Positions 27,001-34,920 of a stretch of 64,000 nt of DNA are shown here, piece after piece. The notes beneath the pieces are model-generated. The model was given only the letters and a program-made list of their open reading frames with translations. It was not told the DNA's origin and searched no databases. Position 1 is the first letter of the stretch. Each line of letters begins with the position of its first letter. The position numbers were made by a program, and so were the translations under genes. The stretch lies in the NCBI GenBank assembly GCA_017481725.1, contig JAFUOX010000098.1:43168-107167 (forward strand). Reading direction: 5' to 3'. This DNA comes from Kiritimatiellia bacterium (GTDB lineage: Bacteria; Verrucomicrobiota; Kiritimatiellia; RFP12; UBA3636).

Positions 27001-28374
27001 ATGAATGCTAAGAAGACAAAGACAGTAGTTGGAAATATAGATCCAGATGTTTTACAGTTTACGGTAGGAAAGGATCCTATTTTAGATTTGAAGCTAGTAA
27101 AATGGGATTGTTTAGGCTCGGCAGCTCATGTTACGATGCTCACAAAAATGAAATATTCTCCACGCCTTTTTTCAAAAGAGGATCGCAATAATGTAGTTGT
27201 TGAGCTTCAAGAAATAATGAAGCGCGTAGCGGATAATAAATTTGAGATTACTGAGGCAGATCAGGATTGTCATCTTGCAATTGAAAGAACACTTACAGAA
27301 AAGCTTGGTGACGTTGGTCGTAGAGTTCATACGGGTAGAAGCCGTAATGACCAGGTTGCAACCGCAATTCGCCTTTATATCCGAGATGAACTTCTTGGTA
27401 CAATGGAGGAAAATATTTCTCTTGCAAAGGCATTGATAGCATTTGGCAAAAAGTATAAGAAGCTGCCAATGGTTGGGCGCACTCATCTTCAGCCAGCAAT
27501 GCCAAGCAGCGTAGGCGTTTGGGCAACCTGTTATGGTGAGGGTCCTTTAGATGATATGCATGGTCTTTGGTCTGCATTTGATTTTACAAATCGTAACCCA
27601 CTTGGTTCTGCTGCTAGCTATGGAGTGCCTCTTCCAACAGATCGTCCGCTGACAGCAAAATTATTAGGCTTTGCAGAGCCTATCCATAATGTAATGTATG
27701 CGGGTAACTCTCGCGGAAAAACTGAGTATGTTGCAGTAACCGCATTATCAAATATTATGCTAACGCTTTCCCGCCTAGCTGAGGATTTAATTATTTTCTC
27801 AATGCCAGAATTTGGTTATTTTAAGCTTCCTAAGGAATTCTGCACCGGAAGCAGCATTATGCCACAAAAATACAATCCTGATGTTTGTGAGTTGATTCGA
27901 GGAAAGGCAGCTCGCGTGATGGGCCTTGTTACATCTATTGCTGCAACGGTCAAGGCAATGGCTGGTGGCTATAATCGTGATTTGCAAGATACAAAAGAGC
28001 TTGTGATGGAGGCTTTTGAAACCACACGTGCGGCTCTTCGCATAATGAGTCGCCTTGTTTCTGGTATCACTCCAGATTCAGATCGCTTACGTGCTGCATT
28101 TGAGCCTGGTGTGTTTGCTACTGATAGAGCATTGGAGCTTGTTGCTAGTGGTATGCCTTTCCGTGATGCATATCATCAAGTGCGTGATAATTTAGAGGCT
28201 CTTAAGAGTATGGACCCGGATGAAGTTATCGCCCAAAAAACACATACAGGTGCAACCAATGGTTTAGATTTTGATATGTATGAGCAATGGGTTAAGGAGC
28301 AAGGTTTTGCTATTACAGAAGAACGTAAGCATATAAATAAGGCTTTTGCAGATTTATTGAAGCCATTAAAATAA
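27001..28374 (+). CDS. argH: Argininosuccinate lyase
   Basis: Motifs TGRSRNDQVATA and the signature GSSIMPQKYNPD are present. Confidence 0.95.
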   Translation: MNAKKTKTVVGNIDPDVLQFTVGKDPILDLKLVKWDCLGSAAHVTMLTKMKYSPRLFSKEDRNNVVVELQEIMKRVADNKFEITEADQDCHLAIERTLTEKLGDVGRRVHTGRSRNDQVATAIRLYIRDELLGTMEENISLAKALIAFGKKYKKLPMVGRTHLQPAMPSSVGVWATCYGEGPLDDMHGLWSAFDFTNRNPLGSAASYGVPLPTDRPLTAKLLGFAEPIHNVMYAGNSRGKTEYVAVTALSNIMLTLSRLAEDLIIFSMPEFGYFKLPKEFCTGSSIMPQKYNPDVCELIRGKAARVMGLVTSIAATVKAMAGGYNRDLQDTKELVMEAFETTRAALRIMSRLVSGITPDSDRLRAAFEPGVFATDRALELVASGMPFRDAYHQVRDNLEALKSMDPDEVIAQKTHTGATNGLDFDMYEQWVKEQGFAITEERKHINKAFADLLKPLK

Positions 28375-28385
28375 GGTTGCCTATT

Positions 28386-29603
28386 ATGTCAGAAAAGTAT
28401 GCATTTAAATTAAATAAAAAACAAGGAGATATGGTTGCTAGAGCTCTATCAGTCGTGTCCTTTTCCGTGCTTGCATGCTTTGGTCTGGCCATTTTTTGGG
28501 GTCTATTGAAATTTATATCCCATTATAGCTCTATTCTTCTTCCGCCAGTTGTTGCAATAGTGTTGTCAATGATATTTAAGCCATATTATATTTGGCTTTA
28601 TAAGCATTTATGGCATAAAAAATCAATTGCATTATGTGCTGTTTTTTTGTCAATTGGCTTGCCATTAATTATCTTTACATACCTTTTTGGTGTATTATTG
28701 ATAGAGGAGCTTGTAAAGCTAATTAATGTGTTGCCAGACAACATAAAACTGGCATATAACTATGCTAAGGAAACGATTCCTGTTGTCGTTGATTTTTTAG
28801 ATAAATATGGCCTCAATAAGCTTGTCTCTGATTTTAGCCTTGCAGAATATATTGATGTAAGTAAATTTGCGTCTAAATTAGGTGGAACAACACTCTCGAT
28901 TAGTGCTTTAATCTTGAAGTTTCTCGGAGGAGTGCTTGTTTGGCTTGTTCTTCCTATCTATTTGGCAATATTTTTAAGTTCACGCCCTTATAATGGTCGA
29001 GATTTATCCAAAGCAATGATATTTCTTTCTCCAAAAACTCGTGAAAATATTGCATATTTAGTAGATCAATTTTTGAATATAACAGTAGTTTATTTTAGAG
29101 CACAGGTTTTGGTTGCATTCATACAAGGTTTGTTGTTTGCGGTGTTATTTCACCTTGTTGGTTTGAAGTATGGTTTGGTTATAGGAATGTTTCTTGGTAT
29201 ATTAAATATTGTTCCATATTTGGGAAATATTTTGGGTGGCATAATCATTATTCCTATGGCTTTATGTAGTGCAGAGGGGTGGGTGCTTTTAGTTAAACTA
29301 ATTGTTGTATTTTGTTCTGTGCAGACATTAGATAGTTATTTTATTACACCACGCGTTATGAAGAATCGCACAGGACTTAATACCTTTGTTATTATATTCT
29401 CATTGTTCTTCTGGAGTAATGTTATAGGTGGAGCTTTAGGTATGCTTTTGGCAATACCTTTGAGTGCTTTTATTGCTGTTTTTTGGCGTTTGTTGAAGAA
29501 GGAATATTTTTCTGATCCCGCTCCTGATTTAGGCAGATCTAATGAAGAATCCATTAATTCGTTAGAGAGTTCAGAAGAGCTTAACGATTCAGAGAATAGT
29601 TAA
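28386..29603 (+). CDS. AI-2E family transporter (PerM/UPF0118)
   Basis: It is a multi-pass membrane protein with a family-like C-terminal ...FITPRVM...GLNTFVIIFSLFFW...GALGMLLAIPL. The ATG at 28386 is preferred; the track uses the TTG at 28377. Confidence 0.75.
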   Translation: MSEKYAFKLNKKQGDMVARALSVVSFSVLACFGLAIFWGLLKFISHYSSILLPPVVAIVLSMIFKPYYIWLYKHLWHKKSIALCAVFLSIGLPLIIFTYLFGVLLIEELVKLINVLPDNIKLAYNYAKETIPVVVDFLDKYGLNKLVSDFSLAEYIDVSKFASKLGGTTLSISALILKFLGGVLVWLVLPIYLAIFLSSRPYNGRDLSKAMIFLSPKTRENIAYLVDQFLNITVVYFRAQVLVAFIQGLLFAVLFHLVGLKYGLVIGMFLGILNIVPYLGNILGGIIIIPMALCSAEGWVLLVKLIVVFCSVQTLDSYFITPRVMKNRTGLNTFVIIFSLFFWSNVIGGALGMLLAIPLSAFIAVFWRLLKKEYFSDPAPDLGRSNEESINSLESSEELNDSENS

Positions 29604-29624
29604 AAGTAGTGTCAGAGTGGCAAT

Positions 29625-30842
29625 ATGATTGAAGAGGCAGAATCCCGCGCAGGAATATTGCACATAGATATGGATGCGTTTTTTGCTTCAGTGGAGCAGC
29701 GTGAGCATCCAGAATGGCGTGGTAAGCCTGTGATTGTTGGCTCTGGTCCACACGAGAGAGGTGTTGTTTCTACAGCTTCATATGAAGCACGTAAATTTGG
29801 TGTGCATTCAGCAATGCCATCTAGGGAGGCATATCGGCTTTGTCCTCACGGAATATTTACGCCAGGCAACCATCAGCTTTATTCAGAAGTGTCTGCTCAA
29901 ATTTTTGAAATTTTTCATCGGTATACGCCATTTGTTGAAGGATTGTCGTGTGATGAAGCATTTTTGGATGTATATGGTTCATATAGACTCTTTGGATCGG
30001 CATTTGAAATAGGTGAAAAGATACGTAAATCGATTCGCGAAGAGCTTCAGCTTACTGCTTCTGTTGGGGTTGCACCAAATAAGTTTCTTGCAAAGCTTGC
30101 AAGTGATATGAATAAGCCAGATGGAATTACAGAGGTGCCGACAGATCCAAGAGAAATTCAGCGTTTTATTGCACCATTGCCAGTTCGGTCGATATTTGGA
30201 GTCGGAGGAACCCTTGCTAAGCATTTAAATCAGGTAGGAATAAGAACAATAGGTGATTTGCAAAATATTCCTTTGAAGGCTTTGGTTGGATTGCTAGGAG
30301 AAAATACAGCAGAGCATTTACATATGCTTGCTTTTGGATATGATGAACGTGAGGTTTCAACTGATAGGGTAGAGAAATCTATTTCTCGCGAATATACATT
30401 TAGCGAGGACGAGGAAAATCTAGCAGAGGTTCGGCGTGTTCTTTTAGAATTAGCATCTGATGTAGGTGCTCAATTGCGTGCATCAAAAAAATATGCAATC
30501 ACCATTAAATTAAAACTAAGATGGTCAGATTTTAAGACAATTACTCGGCAGCGAACATTGCCATTTTCTATTTGTGATGATTTTTCTATTAGAGATGCTG
30601 CTATCGATTTGCTCAGTCAGCAAAAAATTGATGCACCTATTCGGCTTATAGGTATTGGTGTGTCTGGATTTTCGAATGAATCAATAACGAAGGATGCACA
30701 ATTAACGTTGTTTGATGACCCTGCCACAGAGAGGACAGAACAAATACTTAAAAAGGAGCGTTTGAGTAAAACTTTAGATAAGCTCCGTTCTGATGTACTT
30801 GATGGCGGTGATATTCGTCTTGGTATCGGTGATACCCGTTAG
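29625..30842 (+). CDS. dinB: DNA polymerase IV
   Basis: Motifs ILHIDMDAFFASVEQ, SCDEAFLDV and VGVAPNKFLAKLASD are present. Confidence 0.9.
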   Translation: MIEEAESRAGILHIDMDAFFASVEQREHPEWRGKPVIVGSGPHERGVVSTASYEARKFGVHSAMPSREAYRLCPHGIFTPGNHQLYSEVSAQIFEIFHRYTPFVEGLSCDEAFLDVYGSYRLFGSAFEIGEKIRKSIREELQLTASVGVAPNKFLAKLASDMNKPDGITEVPTDPREIQRFIAPLPVRSIFGVGGTLAKHLNQVGIRTIGDLQNIPLKALVGLLGENTAEHLHMLAFGYDEREVSTDRVEKSISREYTFSEDEENLAEVRRVLLELASDVGAQLRASKKYAITIKLKLRWSDFKTITRQRTLPFSICDDFSIRDAAIDLLSQQKIDAPIRLIGIGVSGFSNESITKDAQLTLFDDPATERTEQILKKERLSKTLDKLRSDVLDGGDIRLGIGDTR

Positions 30843-30988
30843 GATTAGTTCTGTATTGATTAAAAATATTTTATTGTGAAAAAAATTTAAATTAGAAAAT
30901 AGTGTGTAAATAGGTTGTAATGATAACACTCAGTTGAAGGCAAGCGTTTGCTAGTAGTTAAATTTAGATTATAGGAATAGATATTATT

Positions 30989-32557
30989 ATGAATAAGTGT
31001 AAAAGTTTTATTATTATTGTTTTTGCTTTAATTGCTTTTAAGCATGCTTATGGTAATGCATCTGGTATCAACGAAGCTGAAAAAATAGGTTTTTATGACG
31101 TTGTTGAATTTTTTGACTCTTATAAGCCAGAAAGTTTTTATTCTATTTATACATTACGCGATGGACGTGAGTTGAAAATAACAATAAAACTTAAAGAAAA
31201 AGAATTTGAAGAATGGAATAATAAAATAGTATCTAAATTTAGTGATTATAGTAGCCAAGATGGAGATGAATATAAATTTGGTCATTACTCGTTTGGTTTT
31301 TCAGAATCTTTATCTGACGAAATTGAAGAATATTTAGAAGAAAATGAATCAAAATTTCTTCATAATATTAGAGTGAATGTATATGATGAAAATTCAGAAT
31401 TAATAAAAAGAATAGATATCCCAGAAAATGATTTAGAGAATAAGCTTTTGGAAGAAATAGATGAAAAATGGTTGAAGGTATCAACTGATGAAGAAATACA
31501 GCAAACAATTACATTGCCTAGAGATGCTTCAAGGGTTGAGTGTGAATTTTTGTCTGATTTTGATATTCAAAAAATAGATGAATATGAGAGAGAATTATTT
31601 CTCAAAGAATATGGTCATTGGAGTCCTAGTTTTTTTGCGCCAGGCTTATCTGGAAAACGAGAGTTTGGTATTTATTTCTTCTCTAATGATGAAAAAATTA
31701 AGTCATTAGCCGGTTTACAAGTTGGCTTTCCATCATCGAGGCATCTATCACTATCTGATGTTTTTATTGATCGATTTTACGGAATTGCATGTACACTAGG
31801 TAATACAGGAATTGGAAATGCCTATGGAATAACCATAGGAGGCGTGTTGAATGTAATTGAACATGCCTATGGAATAACCATAGGAGGCTTGTGGAATGTA
31901 GGTGATGAAACTCCTGATGATGAAGTTTTTGGAGATGCTCATGGGATAACATTAGCTGGTGGAGTTAATGCTTTTTATAATGCCTATGGAATAACTATAG
32001 GAGGCTTGTGGAATGTAATTCAAAATGATTCTTATGGAATAACCATAGGAGGCTTTGTGAATGGTTTTGAACATGCCTATGGAATAACCATAGGAGGCTT
32101 TGTGAATAGTTTTGAAGATGCCTATGGAATAACCATAGGAGGCTTGGGGAATAGTTCTGAACATGCCTATGGAATAACCATAGGAGGCTTTGTGAATGGA
32201 ATTTATAATGATTCTTATGGGATAACCATAGGAGGCTTGGTGAATTTAGGTGTTGACAATCCTCATAAAGAAGTTTTAGGAGATGCTCATGGGATAACAT
32301 TAGCTGGTGGATTTAATTATTTTTATAATGCACATGGGCTGACTATTGCTGGTGTGGCTAATGTTATTGATAAATCTGCAAGTGGCATAATGATTTCTGG
32401 TGTAGCGAATTATGTTGTCGGTGATTTTTATGGTATGCAAGTTGGTTTGGTGAATTATGTTAAAGGTGATTTAGTTGGTATGCAAATCGGTTTGGTTAAT
32501 ATATTAAAATCTTCTGAGACATTTCCAACAATGCCACTCTTCAGGTTGGCTTTTTAA
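30989..32557 (+). CDS. Secreted repeat protein (about 14 tandem 15-16-aa units, xYGITIGG(L/F)xNxxxx)
   Basis: It has a signal peptide MNKCKSFIIIVFALIAFKHAYG and an acidic N-terminal half. The C-terminal half holds 8 AYGITIGG units, 2 AHGITLAGG units and 4 degenerate units (HGLTIAGVAN, SGIMISGVAN, YGMQVGLVN, VGMQIGLVN). The protein ends ...PTMPLFRLAF. Confidence 0.7.
   Translation: MNKCKSFIIIVFALIAFKHAYGNASGINEAEKIGFYDVVEFFDSYKPESFYSIYTLRDGRELKITIKLKEKEFEEWNNKIVSKFSDYSSQDGDEYKFGHYSFGFSESLSDEIEEYLEENESKFLHNIRVNVYDENSELIKRIDIPENDLENKLLEEIDEKWLKVSTDEEIQQTITLPRDASRVECEFLSDFDIQKIDEYERELFLKEYGHWSPSFFAPGLSGKREFGIYFFSNDEKIKSLAGLQVGFPSSRHLSLSDVFIDRFYGIACTLGNTGIGNAYGITIGGVLNVIEHAYGITIGGLWNVGDETPDDEVFGDAHGITLAGGVNAFYNAYGITIGGLWNVIQNDSYGITIGGFVNGFEHAYGITIGGFVNSFEDAYGITIGGLGNSSEHAYGITIGGFVNGIYNDSYGITIGGLVNLGVDNPHKEVLGDAHGITLAGGFNYFYNAHGLTIAGVANVIDKSASGIMISGVANYVVGDFYGMQVGLVNYVKGDLVGMQIGLVNILKSSETFPTMPLFRLAF
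31821..32236 (+). repeat. 45-48-bp in-frame tandem DNA repeats, each with a 19-bp palindrome cctatggaataaccatagg
   Basis: Perfect palindromes start at 31821, 31866, 32076, 32121 and 32166. One-mismatch variants start at 31983, 32031 and 32214. The 37-bp stretch acatgcctatggaataaccataggaggctttgtgaat is identical at 32071 and 32161. Confidence 0.9.
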
Positions 32558-32949
32558 TTTTTGTAGTACTTAATTTTTTTGTGATTGAAGGAGAGTAAGT
32601 TTACTATTAGGCAAGATATACATGGTTTTGCTTTTCATTGTAAATTTATACTCTCGTTTACGAATATCTACGCCATTCATTTGCGTTGTCTGCATCCCTT
32701 TTTAGTCATTTTAGCTGTTATACTGACGTCAACTTCTGTTTTTAGGTTTATTTTAATAGATAAAAAAAGATAGATTAACTTTAAAACAGTATGAATATTA
32801 TTGTAAACCCTTAGTAATTCAACATTATAAGATTAAAAAATAATCAATATTTTTTTATCTATTTATGTGCTTTAATGTTGAAATAACTATAAAATTCTTG
32901 CTATAATTTAAGGCAAAAGAATTGCTATCTAATATTATCAAAAATCCAC

Positions 32950-32979
32950 TTGCGACAATGCTCGCTATTTTGGTATAAT
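32950..32979 (+). promoter_or_regulatory. Sigma70-like promoter candidate upstream of accD
   Basis: The pattern is TTGCGA, an 18-bp spacer, then TATAAT. A second candidate (TTGAAA, 18 bp, TATAAT) lies at 32878-32907. Confidence 0.3.
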
Positions 32980-33087
32980 TTGCAACTCTTTTTAGCACAG
33001 AAGCTATTACATTATATTATTGGAAAATCTAGTTTTAGATTAGACGCAGAGGTCACCTGAAACTATAACAAAGAAAGCCTGTAAATT

Positions 33088-33915
33088 ATGGGTTGGTTTG
33101 AAAAAAAAGTTGATACAGAGGCAATCGTGCCAGATGCAATTTGGCAGGTATGTCCATCCTGTAAAGCCCACATAATGAAAGTTGAGTGGGAAAAAAATAT
33201 TAAGGTTTGCCCTAAGTGTAATTATCATGACCGTATGGGCTGCCGTGAGCGCATCAAGCTTCTAATTGATGACGGAACCTTCCGTGAGTTTAATGATCAC
33301 ATTGTACCATCAGACCCTCTAAAGTTTTCTGATGCAAAAGGTCCATATGCAGAGAAGGCTGCTGCAACAGTTAAAAAGCTTGGTATTAGTGAGTCTGTTA
33401 TTACAGGTAGTGGTAATATTGGTGATACACGCGTTGTTATTGCAGTAATGGATTTCCGTTTCCTCGGTGGTAGCTTGGCTAGCGGTACTGGAGAAAAGAT
33501 TCTACTTGCAGTAGAGCACGCAATTCGCTTTAAGCGTCCATTCATCATGCTTTCAGCATCTGGTGGTGCTCGTATGCATGAGGGTATTATCTCCCTAATG
33601 CAGATGGCAAAAACATGTGCAGCAGTTTCTAAGCTAGAGAAGGCAGGCCTTCCATATATTTCAATTTTGACAGACCCAACAACTGGTGGTGTTTCCGCTT
33701 CATTTGCTCTTATTGGTGATGTTAATATTGCTGAGCCAGGCACTTTGATTGGTTTTGCTGGTCGTCGCGTTATTGAGCAAACAATTAAGCAAAAGCTTCC
33801 TAAAGACTTCCAGACAGCTGAGTATCTAAAGGCACATGGCTTTGTTGACCATATCGTAGAAAGAAAGAATATGAAGAAGTTTCTCGAGAATCTTCTTGCA
33901 TATAGGCTTAAGTAA
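33088..33915 (+). CDS. accD: Acetyl-CoA carboxylase carboxyltransferase beta subunit
   Basis: It has an N-terminal Zn ribbon CPSC...CPKC, and the motifs MDFRFLGGSL and GGARMHEG. Confidence 0.9.
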   Translation: MGWFEKKVDTEAIVPDAIWQVCPSCKAHIMKVEWEKNIKVCPKCNYHDRMGCRERIKLLIDDGTFREFNDHIVPSDPLKFSDAKGPYAEKAAATVKKLGISESVITGSGNIGDTRVVIAVMDFRFLGGSLASGTGEKILLAVEHAIRFKRPFIMLSASGGARMHEGIISLMQMAKTCAAVSKLEKAGLPYISILTDPTTGGVSASFALIGDVNIAEPGTLIGFAGRRVIEQTIKQKLPKDFQTAEYLKAHGFVDHIVERKNMKKFLENLLAYRLK

Positions 33916-33930
33916 TTAGGAGGAGAAAAA

Positions 33931-34875
33931 ATGGATTTTGATTTTGAAGCACCTCTTGAGGAGCTAAAGGAAAAAATTAAACTTTTGGATGAGAAGGCAG
34001 CAGCAGGAGATGTAGTTGCTTCTGGTAAAGCAGCCCAGCTTCGTAAGAAATTAGAGGCACAAACAGCTCGCATTTATGCAACACTTGAGCCTTGGGACAA
34101 GGTGCAGTTAGCTCGTCATCCAGGCCGCCCAACAATCACTCGCTATTCAAAAGAAATGTGCGATGATTTTGTTGAAATTCATGGTGACCGAGTTTTTGGT
34201 GATGACCCTGCAATGTTATGTGGCTTTGCTCGTATTGGAGAGCAGCGCTTTATGCTAATTGGTCACAGAAAAGGCGATACTGTTGAGCAGAATATTGAAT
34301 ATAATTTTGGTATGGCAAATCCAGAGGGCTATCGCAAGGCTATGCGTGCAATGCATCTTGCAGAAAAGTGGCATCTACCAGTTGTAACTATGGTAGATAC
34401 ATCTGGTGCATTCCCAGGCCTTGAGGCAGAAGCTCGTGGTCAAGCAGAAGCAATTGGTCGTAACCTAATGGAGATGGCTGCTCTTGAAACACCAATCCTA
34501 ACTATTGTTACTGGAGAGGGTGGCTCAGGCGGTGCTCTTGGTATTGCTGTCGGTGACCGCATTTTAATGCTAGAGAATGCTGTTTACTCTGTTATTTCCC
34601 CAGAGGGTTGTGCTTCTATTCTATGGCGCGATGGCACTAAGGCTCCAGAAGCAGCGAAAGCACTTCATATAACATCAAATGATTTGGCAGAGCTTAATGT
34701 TATTGATGGTATTATCCCAGAGCCAGTTGGTGGTGCTCATAGCAATCCAGAGGCAACAATGGAAAATGTTAAAGTGGCTATTCTTAATGGACTAAAGGAG
34801 CTAAGTAAGATCTCTTCTTCTCACCTGACAGAGAATCGCTATAAGAAGTTCGCCGCAATTGGTCGTTTTAACTAA
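33931..34875 (+). CDS. accA: Acetyl-CoA carboxylase carboxyltransferase alpha subunit
   Basis: Motifs LARHPGRPT, DTSGAFPGLEAEARGQAEAI and GEGGSGGALG are present. Confidence 0.9.
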   Translation: MDFDFEAPLEELKEKIKLLDEKAAAGDVVASGKAAQLRKKLEAQTARIYATLEPWDKVQLARHPGRPTITRYSKEMCDDFVEIHGDRVFGDDPAMLCGFARIGEQRFMLIGHRKGDTVEQNIEYNFGMANPEGYRKAMRAMHLAEKWHLPVVTMVDTSGAFPGLEAEARGQAEAIGRNLMEMAALETPILTIVTGEGGSGGALGIAVGDRILMLENAVYSVISPEGCASILWRDGTKAPEAAKALHITSNDLAELNVIDGIIPEPVGGAHSNPEATMENVKVAILNGLKELSKISSSHLTENRYKKFAAIGRFN

Positions 34876-34920
34876 TAGAGCAATTAATTCTTTTCAAAAT
34901 AATTTTACGAGGTAAATTTT

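Noticed and set aside
31764-32300. Regularly spaced ~26-bp repeats with ~19-bp unique spacers that superficially resemble a CRISPR array. Three antisense ORFs also lie here (31764..31952, 31952..32164, 31995..32300).
   Set aside because: The periodicity is 45-48 bp and strictly in frame within a long ORF that encodes a coherent 15-aa protein repeat. The spacers are also conserved, and no cas genes are present. The antisense ORFs are artefacts of the repeat.
32585-32773. A 62-aa ORF in the long AT-rich spacer between the repeat protein gene and accD.
   Set aside because: It has a TTG start and a hydrophobic low-complexity product, and I recognise no conservation signal. The call cannot be supported from sequence alone.
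33297-34073. A 258-aa ORF on the minus strand spanning the accD/accA junction.
   Set aside because: It lies fully antisense to two strongly supported, motif-rich genes. Its translation is low-complexity and Ala/Ser/Pro/Arg-rich with no recognisable motif. This is a typical shadow ORF.
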